This document shows, piece by piece, positions 19,833-30,762 of a stretch of 64,000 nucleotides of DNA. The notes below the pieces were generated by a model, which saw only the letters and a program-made list of their open reading frames with translations, made no database searches and was not told where the DNA came from. The translations under genes and the position numbers were made by a program. The DNA comes from a virus (Duplodnaviria > Caudoviricetes): positions 147,725 through 211,724 of IMG/VR virus record IMGVR_UViG_3300017780_003104; one strand, 5' to 3'. Numbering within the stretch: the stretch's first letter is position 1; every line of letters starts with the position of its first letter.

Positions 19833-20477
19833 ATGATTAAAGTAATTTCACAATACGTTCCCAAATCTCCCTTTACTGTTTGTGTATCATCTGGTGTTGA
19901 TAGTATTGTTGCAGCCCATTGGTTGAAACATAACTATCATAAAGAGTTTAACATCATTCATTTTAATCACTGGTATCAAGCTATCAATGATGTAATGGAA
20001 GAAAGCGTTTCAAGATTCTCAGATGATTATAATATTGAATGTCTTTACTCCTATCGCCCCCCGTGGATCACTGATAATAGTGAGAACGGATTAAGGGAAT
20101 GGAGATTGAGTGAAATGCGAAAAATTGGTGGTAAGTATGTAACTGCTCACCATCTTGATGATTGTGTTGAGAACTATTTAATGAATTGTTTTCATGGAAC
20201 ACCTGAGTATAAACCAATTCAAGAGTTCACTCAGTTTAATGGATTCTCTATTTATCATCCATTCCTTACAACTACTAAGGAAGACTTCATTAGATATGCT
20301 ATTAAAAATGATCTAATGAAATATGTAGTCGAAGATCCCACAAACAAAGAAGTAACACAAAAACGTAACTGGATTAGAAACGTTATTGTGCCTGAATTGG
20401 ATGCTTGGGAAATGGGATTGCAGACAATCGTTAAGAAGAAATTTTACAACAATTTAATTAAAACCGAACTACAATAA
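19833..20477 (+). CDS. tilS: tRNA(Ile)-lysidine synthetase-like (PP-loop, N-terminal domain only)
   Basis: VSSGVDS PP-loop, HFNH, TAHHLDDCVENYL, HPFL, EDPTN..RNWIR. Confidence 0.85.
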   Translation: MIKVISQYVPKSPFTVCVSSGVDSIVAAHWLKHNYHKEFNIIHFNHWYQAINDVMEESVSRFSDDYNIECLYSYRPPWITDNSENGLREWRLSEMRKIGGKYVTAHHLDDCVENYLMNCFHGTPEYKPIQEFTQFNGFSIYHPFLTTTKEDFIRYAIKNDLMKYVVEDPTNKEVTQKRNWIRNVIVPELDAWEMGLQTIVKKKFYNNLIKTELQ

Positions 20478-20481
20478 AGTC

Positions 20482-20778
20482 ATGAAGATCACACCATATG
20501 AAAATGCAGTAAAAGTTAAACGAGTTGTAATTGATACAGTAATTGAAAGGGGGGTTACTCTTGATTTAAATGAAAAGGAAGCTGCATATCTATATCATAT
20601 GCTTGGATGTTTGAAGCCCCAAGCTATGTTTCATGCCATTAGGGATTCTATATCTTATTATTATCCAAGTAAGAAGGATCTTCTAATTGATTTAGATAAT
20701 TCTAAAGTCAATGCTGTGTTGGTGAATCCTATTCACAATGCACTTAAAAACTTTCTTAACCTTACAAAAGAGCGGTGA
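20482..20778 (+). CDS. hypothetical protein
   Basis: ATG 6 nt after promoter. Confidence 0.65.
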   Translation: MKITPYENAVKVKRVVIDTVIERGVTLDLNEKEAAYLYHMLGCLKPQAMFHAIRDSISYYYPSKKDLLIDLDNSKVNAVLVNPIHNALKNFLNLTKER

Positions 20779-21251
20779 AACTAAAATTGATTCATGGTGA
20801 TGGAGAGATTAAAAGAATCTCTCGTCAAGTAAAAGAGGGATTTAAGATTCTGGATGGAATTAATTTAGTTAATACTAAATCAAATGTTCGCATCATTGAT
20901 AAGATGTATGACCTTGGATTCTATGATGAACTTTCATCTGGTATTGCTTTCATTGGTGACACTCAAGTAATTAAATGTGGACTTCTTACTAGACGCCCAC
21001 CACCTCTTAAGTATAGAGTTCCTACTTTGATATATGCTTATGATAATATCACACCCACTCAATGGGAATGGGAAACAGTTATATTGATTCAGCCAAAGGT
21101 TGATAATGATTACGATGACGATGATGTAGTTAAATCGATGAAAGTCTTTAGTAGACTTTCCGGTTGTGATTCTCATCAAGGTAATATTGGAATGTATAAA
21201 GGTGAGTTTAAACTATTTGATTGGTAATTAAAACCGAACTACAATCCAAAC

Positions 21252-21608
21252 ATGGAACAGATTTCAAACATTGATATTCTAATTATTAGACAATGTAAAA
21301 CTAATAAACTTTCAATCAATAATCTCAAAAAGCTTGTGTGTAGGAGACACGCATTATCATATAGTTATGTGACTAATAGTGATCTTATCTATGTTTTAAC
21401 TAATATTGTGTTGGACTATAAGTTGATTAGAGATATGTATGAATTCATTGCTGTGGATTTAAATCCCAATAATTGGAGGAACAAGATAATGAAAGTTGAA
21501 CTTAGTTATGAAGATAATTTAATTGAAGAACTCATCTCTAAGATTAGATGCGCTCCTGTTGTAAAATTCCCACGTTACATTACACCTCTTTCACACCGCA
21601 ACAAGTAA
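21252..21608 (+). CDS. hypothetical protein
   Basis: ATG 6 nt after promoter. Confidence 0.65.
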   Translation: MEQISNIDILIIRQCKTNKLSINNLKKLVCRRHALSYSYVTNSDLIYVLTNIVLDYKLIRDMYEFIAVDLNPNNWRNKIMKVELSYEDNLIEELISKIRCAPVVKFPRYITPLSHRNK

Positions 21609-21639
21609 AGATTAATTAAAACCGAACTACAATCTGGGT

Positions 21640-22230
21640 ATGACGATGCAACAACGTATTCTTGATAAGGTTGAGGAATCATTTAAGAAAGCTGAGTCTT
21701 TCTATGGTAGGACGTTTGATCGTCCTAAGAACATTATCTTTCAACGCACTGGAACTAATGCTGGTCATTGTTGTTATGGTAGGAGTGAGTTAATGTTTCA
21801 AATTGCTATTGCTGAAAAGGCTGGTGATTCTTATATTGCTAGGACTCCTGCTCATGAAGTAGCACATTGGATTGAGAAAGAAGTCTATGGGTATCAATAT
21901 AAGCCTAGTGGTCGCCGCGATGTTCATGGTAAGAAGTGGCAATACATTATGGTTTATGTTATGAAGCAAGATTCTTCTCGTTGTCATAGCTTTGATACAT
22001 CGGAAGTGAAAGGTAAGAGAGGAGTCTTTGCTTACTGCTGTTCTAGTGGTCATAGCCTTAATCTTTCCTCAGTAGTCCACAATAGGATTGTTAGTGAGAG
22101 GAAAAGTTATCGTTGCAAGTGTGGTGGCAAGTTGGCATTGAAAGTTGATGTTGATATCAACTCAAAGCAACTTGAAATTGAACGTATCAAACAACAAATC
22201 AAAGAACTTCAAAGTAAATTAGATGTCTGA
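21640..22230 (+). CDS. SprT-like zinc metalloprotease
   Basis: HEVAH, HGKKWQ, Zn-ribbon YCC..H / YRCKCG. Confidence 0.85.
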   Translation: MTMQQRILDKVEESFKKAESFYGRTFDRPKNIIFQRTGTNAGHCCYGRSELMFQIAIAEKAGDSYIARTPAHEVAHWIEKEVYGYQYKPSGRRDVHGKKWQYIMVYVMKQDSSRCHSFDTSEVKGKRGVFAYCCSSGHSLNLSSVVHNRIVSERKSYRCKCGGKLALKVDVDINSKQLEIERIKQQIKELQSKLDV

Positions 22231-22910
22231 AAAATAGAAGTTAATTAAAACCGAACTAGAATCATAGTATGCGACACATTAAAACATTATCAAGAAACTC
22301 CACCCAAAACGGGTTTTTCCGTATTATAGATTCAAACTACAGAATATGTATTGAATTTGTTGGTGCTTTAGTTGGGAGTCTAGTGGAAGATAATCTCTCT
22401 GTTAAACTTATACTAGCAACAAAGAATCCTAAACAAAAAGGATTCAAAAAGGTCTTATATAACTCAATGATTGCTAATGGTAGGAGTGGAATGAACATTA
22501 TGGATGGACAACCGTATGAGACTATAGATAGACAATGCAGTGTTCTTAAAAGTCTTGGAATTAAAGTCGGGGATACGTATTGGATAAAGGGTGAATTAAA
22601 ACCGAACTAGAATCATAGTATGCTATCCAAACTCGCTAATCTATTTAAGAAAGAAACATGGGAAGTTCTTAAAGAAGAAAAAGCAACAATATCATCTTGG
22701 AAATATGGTGTAAGATGGGCGCAGTATGATTGTATAGTTGTTCACGAAAAATCAAATAAAGGAAACACCAGACACTTTATGGTAGAACTTGAGGGATTAT
22801 TTAAAGGTATTAAATATCCTTATGATTATGTGAATAAGCATCCATTAGTATCTGTGTTAGATATTCCAAAATGTCCCAAATATTAATTAAAACCGAACTA
22901 TAATATCAAT

Positions 22911-23495
22911 ATGACAAGGACAGAAGTAGTAAAGAAATATCCAATTGGTTCTAAGTTTAAAGTAATTAAAACTGGTGAAATTGTAGTAGTAGGTAGTTAT
23001 GGAACTGGACTTACGGGTGTTCTAATCAAAAAACATTATAACGATTTTACGGGATTTAATACATATGAAATTGAACCAGTAGAACCTGAAAAGAGTGGTC
23101 TTAGGATGTATTTTTTTGTTATGTATAATCTTTCTGGTATTCAGAAAGGTATTCAAGCGGGTCACGCTGCTATTGAGTATTATCTAAAATATGGTAATAT
23201 TACCAAATATCAAGAATTTGCTGAACACCATAAAACATTTATCCTATTGGATGGTGGTGGTTCCAATGATATGACTGAACGATCATCAGAACTTGAAAAT
23301 TTTGGAGTTGATTATGCTACATTTTATGAACCTGATCTTAATGACTCTTTGAGTGCCATTGCATTCATTGTTCCAGAAGAGATTTATGGTATGGATCAAG
23401 CATTCATCGATCATGCTATAATTGATTCATCCTTTATGACTGAGGATATTAAGTTTGCCAGATACCTTAAAGGATTCCGCCTTGCGAGTAATTAA
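22911..23495 (+). CDS. protein with C-terminal peptidyl-tRNA hydrolase II-like domain
   Basis: IQKGIQAGHAA, FILLDGG, FYEPDLND.LSAIAF. Confidence 0.65.
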   Translation: MTRTEVVKKYPIGSKFKVIKTGEIVVVGSYGTGLTGVLIKKHYNDFTGFNTYEIEPVEPEKSGLRMYFFVMYNLSGIQKGIQAGHAAIEYYLKYGNITKYQEFAEHHKTFILLDGGGSNDMTERSSELENFGVDYATFYEPDLNDSLSAIAFIVPEEIYGMDQAFIDHAIIDSSFMTEDIKFARYLKGFRLASN

Positions 23496-25415
23496 AACCG
23501 GAGTATAGTTATGGCATGGAAACGCTAGTCGAATTTGAAACTGAGACTTTCTTAGAAGAAGATGATGTATGGGATGCACTCTTCGTAAGAGTTAATAGTG
23601 GAAAATGGATGATGGCTATGCCTAACTTCAAGACAGAAGATAGGCAGGAAATTATAAATATTATTTCAAATGATCCAAGAAATTGGTAATAATGTCATAA
23701 TTAATGATACGTTTGTATTCTATAAAACCTTTATAGAAACCTATAGGGGATTAACTGTCATTGAAGCAAGACGCAAACTGAAAAAGTATTATACTCATTC
23801 CATGCAAGATACTATCATAAAATATCTGAAAGAAAAGGATGTAATTAAAACCGAACTACAATAATAACATGAAAGCATTCAAAGCACCGCAAAAGAGTCT
23901 TCAATCAAGCTGGGTCCAAATTGCATTTAGCAAACCAAAGGCTGGTTCAATCATTAAGAAATCATTGGGTCGTAATGCTCAAAGTATTTCAAAGCATCGT
24001 GGAGATATGTTCTCCAATTCCTCAATGAAACATTCTAACCTTTATTAATATGAAATTTATTGATTCAAATGATACTCCTTCTCTACAATTTAAAGATGTT
24101 CCTACCCACAGGCTATTCATTGATTGTTCTGGGGAACTCCTAATTAAACTAGATATGCTTACCGCATGTAGGATTGCTACATGCGATGGACTAATTAATG
24201 CTAAAATTTTCACCCCATGTGAATCTTGGGGTATTAAAGAGATTCTCCCTTACGATAAAGTAGAGTTCTAATTAATTAAAACCGATATACAATAGGGGTA
24301 TGAAGAAGCCTACATTTAGTATTAGTAATTGCACTCCAGAAGGTAGAGTATTTATTATCTATCCTGATCTTAATTATATGGTGTGGGAAGCTACTAGTGA
24401 AATTGGTCCTATTAGTATTCCTCTCAAGAATGGTCAAGATGATTGGATGGATCTCATGTCTTGTTTAAAGAATGGCGAATCCTTTAAACGTTTCCTCGCA
24501 GTCTGAGTTAATTAAAACCAAAATAAGATAATAGCATGAAAGAGAAACTTAGTAAGTGTGTTACGATGCAAGATTCCCACGAAGTTCTTTCGGAATGGGA
24601 TACAATCGACCTTGATAGTTTTGTAAATGCCTTAAACAAAGTTAAGGAATATGTTGATATTACTATGAGGGATGAGTTCTTGCTTAATCAAGCTGCGGGT
24701 ATTCTAATCAATCGTGGTTATGGCTACTAAAAGGAAACTTAACTTATACCTATCGGAACTTTATACAGTGGGGACAGCGATCTTAATGGAAGATCCTAAC
24801 CTTCGCTGGGGGCAATGCCTGATGATTGCCCTTAATGAAATTGATCCAGATATGTATATGAAGATCACGGGGACTGAGTATGATCCCTTTTATCTTAATG
24901 AAAAAGTGGAAGGGTTCGTGGAACATTTAATTAAAACCGGAGTAAAATAATATCATGATAATCGCTGATACACCTGAGAAAGTTAATGCATTTAGACTTC
25001 TTGCCCTAAAGGGTGCATTGAAGTTGGAAACTCTTGGTATGAAAAGTCGTGGATATTCTGCGTATAAGATTGTTAAAGAGGAATTCGGTTTCAAAGGTGA
25101 TAAGAAAAAGGTCTATGACCTTTATGTTCAACACCTTAAAGATGTGGGTATTCTAATCACTGCTTAATATGAATCCAGAACACTTAAAGCATCGTGCTTG
25201 TTTCCAAGATAAGTCAAGGGGTACATTGTATTTCCTACTTAAGATTGATCATCCTGTAATGGAGTCTTGGATTCTAGTGAGTGAATTTAATCATCATTGG
25301 ATTTCACCTCAATCAACTCCTATTGATGCTTTTGGGGGTGTGGGATGGTATGATACATTTGAATTCGTTAAAATCTGCGAGTAACCTTTAATTAAAACCA
25401 AAGTAAGATACTTAC

Positions 25416-26933
25416 ATGACTCCAAGCAAACAGCAACTTGAGATTTACAATTGGGTGGATAAAGGTGAGGGAAATCTTATCATTAAAGCCCGTGCTGGTA
25501 GTGGCAAGACTACTACTGCCGTCAATGCCATTCAATTCATGAAAGGTTCGGTCCTTGCAATGGCTTTCAATACTAAGGCTTCTTATCAATTGAAAGATAA
25601 GCTTAGTAACATGGGTTGCCCTAACGCTACTGCTTCAACTGTTCATTCCGCTGGTAAGAATCTTATTTATAAGGCTCTTGGGTGGCATAAAGTTGATGGT
25701 TCCAAGGTCTTTTGGATTACCGATAAGTATTGTAAGACTGAGGAACTTAGCTTCACTCGTAACTTCATTACTAAACTGGTGGGTTTTGCCAAGCAGAATG
25801 CCTTTGGTGTTACTGGTCAAACTCCTATTGATGACACTCAAGCATGGATGGACATCGTTACCCATCATGATATCGATATGAATTTCGAGACTGATCTTCA
25901 TACGGTTATTGAAATCGCCAAAGAAGTTCTTATTGATAGTAATCGTGATACCAAGGTCATTGACTTTGACGATATGCAGTATCTCCCATTGGTTTATGGT
26001 ATCATTGGTAATCAGTATGATTGGGTTATCATTGATGAAGCACAAGATACCAATATCTGCCGCAAACTACTCCTTAAAACTCTTCTCAAGCCTTCTGGTC
26101 GCCTTGTAGCCATTGGAGACGAGGGACAAGCTATTTATGGTTTTACCGGGGCTGAGAACGATTCCTTGAATCTCATTAAGGATATGTTCAACTGTTCGGA
26201 ACTTCCTCTCTCTACTTGTTATCGTTGTGGTAAGACTATCATTGCTGAAGCTCAAAAGTTCTTCCATGACATTGAAGCATGGGATGAAAGTCCAGAGGGT
26301 TCTATTACTTCCATCAAGTATGAAGAGTTTGTGAATACTGCTCTCAGTATGAAGTTTGGTCGTGGAGATGGTATTATCTGCCGAAATAATGCCCCTAACG
26401 TTGCCCTTGCCTTTGCCTTGATTAAACAAGGTATTGGTTGCCGCATTGAGGGTAGGGATATCGGTAATGATCTTAAGAAACTTGTAAAGAAGTGGAAGAA
26501 GGTTACTAACCTTGATGACTTCGCTGTAAAGCTTAATGAGTTCTTTCAACGTGAGTTTGAAAAGGCTAACTATGCCAAGCTTGCCTTGCTGGAAGATAAG
26601 ATGGATACAATGATCATCTTGATTGAACGTTGCAAGAGTCTTGGTCAAAATGATATGAAGTCTCTGGAAGATCTTATCACTTCCATGTTCACTGATTCTA
26701 CTGATAAGAATCTTCCCGACATTATTACTCTTAGTTCTATTCATAAGGCTAAGGGATTGGAATGGAATAGGGTTTTCTGGGTAGGAGACGCACAATTCTC
26801 CCCTAGTAAGTATGCGGTTCAAGCATGGCAAGTTGAGCAAGAGAACAATCTACGTTATGTTGCTTGCACTAGGGCAATGACAGAACTTATCCATATCACG
26901 GATTGCCCTAGCCGTAGGAACCAAGAGGATTAA
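25416..26933 (+). CDS. UvrD/Rep-family SF1 helicase
   Basis: ARAGSGKTT, IDEAQD, GDEGQAIYGFTGA, HKAKGLEW, YVACTRA. Confidence 0.92.
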   Translation: MTPSKQQLEIYNWVDKGEGNLIIKARAGSGKTTTAVNAIQFMKGSVLAMAFNTKASYQLKDKLSNMGCPNATASTVHSAGKNLIYKALGWHKVDGSKVFWITDKYCKTEELSFTRNFITKLVGFAKQNAFGVTGQTPIDDTQAWMDIVTHHDIDMNFETDLHTVIEIAKEVLIDSNRDTKVIDFDDMQYLPLVYGIIGNQYDWVIIDEAQDTNICRKLLLKTLLKPSGRLVAIGDEGQAIYGFTGAENDSLNLIKDMFNCSELPLSTCYRCGKTIIAEAQKFFHDIEAWDESPEGSITSIKYEEFVNTALSMKFGRGDGIICRNNAPNVALAFALIKQGIGCRIEGRDIGNDLKKLVKKWKKVTNLDDFAVKLNEFFQREFEKANYAKLALLEDKMDTMIILIERCKSLGQNDMKSLEDLITSMFTDSTDKNLPDIITLSSIHKAKGLEWNRVFWVGDAQFSPSKYAVQAWQVEQENNLRYVACTRAMTELIHITDCPSRRNQED

Positions 26934-26941
26934 TCATACAA

Positions 26942-26968
26942 CGTCCTGAGCATGACATGAAAAGGCTC
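26942..26968 (+). other. compact pseudoknot-like motif, copy 1
   Basis: cgtcctgagcatgacatgaaaaggctc: gtc/gac stem plus gagc/gctc. Confidence 0.5.
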
Positions 26969-26995
26969 TCAATTTAACAAACAAAAAACAATAAT

Positions 26996-27562
26996 ATGAC
27001 ATTTAAAAAAGGTGATAAGATTCGTCGCAAGGTAGAGTATCTTCAAGTAAATGATTGGAAGCATGGACGATCTATCTTAATTGTAAATAATGATCAATAT
27101 CATGATGGCACAGTTTATTTTACTGTCAATGGGCATGACTCATTGAATTCAATTTATAGTGAATACTTTGAACTTGCCAAAGAAATGACTATCGAGGATC
27201 AAATCACTTTCGCCAATACTCTTATTGGTAAGAAGAGCCTAAAGTCTATTCATACAAGTATATATCTCGATTGGATTCCAGTAGGTATTCGTATCTATAC
27301 TGGTAATTGTAACTATGAAGATAGTAGTGGTTCTGTCATGGAGTATATGAAAACTCATGATGTCTGTGTAGCCTTAATAGATGAAAACAATTATAAGAGT
27401 TATCCAGTCGCACTCATTGAACCACCAGTAGAGTCTGTAACGGTAAAACTTAATGATGTATATACCGTAGAAGTTACTAAGAATAGTATCACCGTGGGTT
27501 GTCAAACATTTCCTGTCAGTATCCTAGAGGATCTTATTAAAGCACACAAACAACTATCATGA
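26996..27562 (+). CDS. hypothetical protein with C-terminal VGCQ module
   Basis: YTVEVTKNSITVGCQ. Confidence 0.7.
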   Translation: MTFKKGDKIRRKVEYLQVNDWKHGRSILIVNNDQYHDGTVYFTVNGHDSLNSIYSEYFELAKEMTIEDQITFANTLIGKKSLKSIHTSIYLDWIPVGIRIYTGNCNYEDSSGSVMEYMKTHDVCVALIDENNYKSYPVALIEPPVESVTVKLNDVYTVEVTKNSITVGCQTFPVSILEDLIKAHKQLS

Positions 27563-27798
27563 TTATTCCAATTGCATCTTCAGCCCTACGAGATTCCCGA
27601 AAGAATAAGGAGGCTAATACAAAAATGATTACAAGTGTGGCTATTAATGATGCTATTAAGCTCGGATTATGTCATACTGTCATTAATCTTGATAAAGATA
27701 TCCGTGGTAATCTTGCTTTAGATCTGATAAAATTCGGGTATAAAGTTACAGAATATAATACTTATCTTGCTGTGTCATGGAACTAATAGTAAAGTATA

Positions 27799-28372
27799 TG
27801 GACATAATGACACAGTAGTATGTGACATAATGACACAGTAGGTATAAAGTGTAGGAGATAGAGAGATATTGATTAAAACCGTGATAAGATACGTTTATGA
27901 AGATTCCTGTAAAAACATATAAGATTGTAGAAGTCGAAGAAGTTATTACTAACCTTGTTGATGTTCCAGAGATTATTAATCGTCATTTTCATACTAATAC
28001 CTTTCAACAAGTAATTGATTATCTATTGACACTTGAATTTGTAGAAAGTTCAACTTACTTTAGGGATTTTAAATCCTTCATATCACCAGAGCAAGGTGGA
28101 GATAATACAGTTAATCTCCATAGTATTAAGACTCTTATTGATGATCCTACTAATTCTAAGATAGTCATTCAAGTTACTTGGGATTGGTATAAGAATAATA
28201 TGACAGATAACGCAATTATCATTTTTAGGAAACCTATACAGGAGTAGGGATAAAAGTAGTTTTCCCCTAGAGAAAATTCGAAAATATAATCAACTAAAAA
28301 CTACAATTAAGTTAGTCTGATAAAAGTAACATACTGTGACATAATGACCTAGTAAGTGTGTCATTATGTCAC
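27799..28372. promoter_or_regulatory. two pairs of pseudo-palindromic operator-like sites GTGWCATWATGWCAC
   Basis: centres at 27806/27829 and 28343/28365, each pair just upstream of a phage promoter. Confidence 0.6.
27897..28247 (+). CDS. hypothetical protein
   Basis: ATG 6 nt after promoter. Confidence 0.65.
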   Translation: MKIPVKTYKIVEVEEVITNLVDVPEIINRHFHTNTFQQVIDYLLTLEFVESSTYFRDFKSFISPEQGGDNTVNLHSIKTLIDDPTNSKIVIQVTWDWYKNNMTDNAIIIFRKPIQE

Positions 28373-28823
28373 AGTAATTAAAACCAAAGTAAGATAATAG
28401 CATGACAACGATTCACAATTCGAGTGATATTAAAGTGGGGAAACTCTATAAGACTCTCGAACCTAGATACAATAAGACCGTTCTCTACCTTGGATGTATC
28501 AATGGTGATACCCATGAGAAGTTCTTGGTGGTTGTTGTGTTTGATGAGGACGATTACTACATTGGTAGAACTGTTATCAGAAACAGTAACTATTGGAACT
28601 TGGGATTCGAGGAACAGGATTGATTAAAACCAAACTAAGATACTGGTATGACCACATTCAAAGTAACATTATATCAAGAGACTTACACTGAAGTAATCAT
28701 TGAAGCAAGTTCTTTAGAAGAAGCGCAAGAACTGGTAATGGCTGGAGAGTTTAATGAAGAAGATATTCATGATGTCTCAGTCAAGGAAAGTTGTATCATT
28801 TAAAACCAAAATAAAATAATACT

Positions 28824-29021
28824 ATGTTTGACCCCAACGATGACCATAACTTGAATGCTAATGATGAGAATGAACATTGGTATGAGAATGATTATATTGA
28901 ATCATCCGAAGATGATGAAGAAGAATGGGATGAATATGAAGACCCGTTTGAGGATCATGATGAAGATGATGAGTTAGATGAAGATGATGACTTATCAGAA
29001 GAAGGCTGGGAACTCGATTGA
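28824..29021 (+). CDS. very acidic small protein
   Basis: predominantly D/E; ATG 6 nt after promoter. Confidence 0.6.
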   Translation: MFDPNDDHNLNANDENEHWYENDYIESSEDDEEEWDEYEDPFEDHDEDDELDEDDDLSEEGWELD

Positions 29022-29368
29022 TTAAAACCAACGTAAGATAGTAGCATGAAAAGATACAGCTGGATTGTTCAAAACAAAAGGACCGGGGCCGTTGTTACCT
29101 ATAACAGTTCTTATGGTCCATGTAATAAGGATTGTGTTAATACTTCTCCAGCTGTTATTGAGTGGGCCAATGGAGATCCTATTAGTATCTTCCCTTGTGA
29201 ACAGTAGTTCTATTACTCAACGTAATAGTTATTTCATTATCCATATCATAACTTTGTCAAATTGATAAAAAAGTCAATCTGACAAAGTTACGATAGTGTG
29301 ATATAAAACATACAGTGTAGTAGATTCTCTAGTAGTATTGATTAAAACCAACATAAGATAGTAGCACG

Positions 29369-29590
29369 ATGAAACCGCTTACCATTGCAAAGAATAATAA
29401 GGAGACACTTTTGGATGCAGCAAAACGCGCTTCCAATCAGGCGACTCTTAACAATAGAATTGTTACCTTTCAAGATGGTAACTATTCCATACTGGTTTAT
29501 CCCTACGATATTCTTAATAACATTATCCGTGGTATTAAGGCTATGGCATTGATGGCTGAGATTGCAGCACTTGAAGCTCAATTGTCTTAA
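29369..29590 (+). CDS. hypothetical protein
   Basis: promoter upstream. Confidence 0.6.
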   Translation: MKPLTIAKNNKETLLDAAKRASNQATLNNRIVTFQDGNYSILVYPYDILNNIIRGIKAMALMAEIAALEAQLS

Positions 29591-29598
29591 CACTTTGC

Positions 29599-29627
29599 CG
29601 TCCTGAGCATCGACATTAAAAGGCTCA
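29599..29627 (+). other. compact pseudoknot-like motif, copy 2
   Basis: cgtcctgagcatcgacattaaaaggctca: gtc/gac plus tgagc/gctca. Confidence 0.5.
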
Positions 29628-30109
29628 GTGGTATTATGATCGCTTACACACATAAGTATAGTAGGTTTCACCCACTAAATATCATAGTGGGTGAAAGGAT
29701 TAAGACCATTAAGGTGTGGATACACTTTATAGCATTTGTATTAGGGATTTCTGAACTACTTAAAAAAGTTGATGAGGAAATCCGCAAGAGTTCTATTGAT
29801 TAAAACCAAAGTAAGATTCGCGTGGGTGCGTGTGAGTGTTATAAGTGACACTCCCGGAGGGAAGAGTTAGAAGTTTGATTAAAACCAACGTAAGATGTAG
29901 GAGCATGATAATCAAATCCGCAATGTCCATTACCGTTAGTATTGATGCCGATGAAACCTTGATCGACGCCCTAGCAGAAATGTATGGGTTTTGATTAAAA
30001 CCCAAGTAAGATAGAAACGTCCCCAGTAGCTTTACCCTGATGCTACTGGGGACGGAATGAAAGTAAGGGAGTTTGAAGTTCAATTAAAACCAAAGTAAGA
30101 TCCAATCGT

Positions 30110-30478
30110 ATGCAAAAACAAAACATGATCGCAGTGTCCATCGAAGCCAAGTCGTTTGTCCAATCGCTTACTGCCGCTTTTGGCGGGCCAAGCAAGACGA
30201 AAGACTTTCTTGCCCTCAGTGAACGAGAAGCCGTGGACGCCCTTGTGGAGTTCGCACAAGCAAACCGCATCACAGTGACGCAAGAGGTCAATGACGAGGG
30301 GGAAGAGTATGAATTGGAGCATGACGGGCTTGCTCTTGAGATCTCCCGCACGATTGCCCTTCGTGCCGCCACGGTTCGCGCAAACACCGCGACCGCAAAG
30401 CTCGCGGAAAAAGAGCAAGAGTTGGAGGAGATGAAAGCCTTGCTTGCTAAGTATCAGGCGGCGGCATCGGTGGAATGA
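30110..30478 (+). CDS. hypothetical protein (GC-rich relative to window)
   Basis: 122 aa after last + strand promoter copy. Confidence 0.75.
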   Translation: MQKQNMIAVSIEAKSFVQSLTAAFGGPSKTKDFLALSEREAVDALVEFAQANRITVTQEVNDEGEEYELEHDGLALEISRTIALRAATVRANTATAKLAEKEQELEEMKALLAKYQAAASVE

Positions 30479-30544
30479 CCACCTAGCAGGGAGTGGTTAG
30501 AGGTCTAACGACTGACTAACCACTCCCTAACTACTCTCTAACCA

Positions 30545-30587
30545 CCCCTTCTGTTAGGAATTGCCCTAATAGAAGGGGATTTTTTTT
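30545..30587 (+). terminator. intrinsic terminator
   Basis: ccccttct..agaagggg long hairpin plus T8. Confidence 0.85.
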
Positions 30588-30762
30588 GCCCCCTAGCCCC
30601 CCATGGAAAAATTCTTAACAGTTTTTCAACAGTTTCCCCAATATAAAAATATTTTTATTATATTCCCCAACATTTTCCCCACGCGACCCCCCTATAAAAA
30701 ATATTTTTTACATATTTTGCAACAGTTTCCCTATATGATTCAAATATATTAAATAATTATAT

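Larger units (their letters stand above)
1824..30103 (+). promoter_or_regulatory. dispersed phage promoter family ATTAAAACC-N4-TAnnnT (about 40 copies, + strand)
   Basis: e.g. 6631-6649, 11149-11167, 13400-13418, 25391-25409; usually followed by 6 nt then ATG. Confidence 0.9.

Noticed and set aside
27822-27838. CRP or FNR binding site
   Set aside because: TGTGA-N7-ACACA spacing does not fit CRP (N6) or FNR consensus; reported only as an unknown operator.
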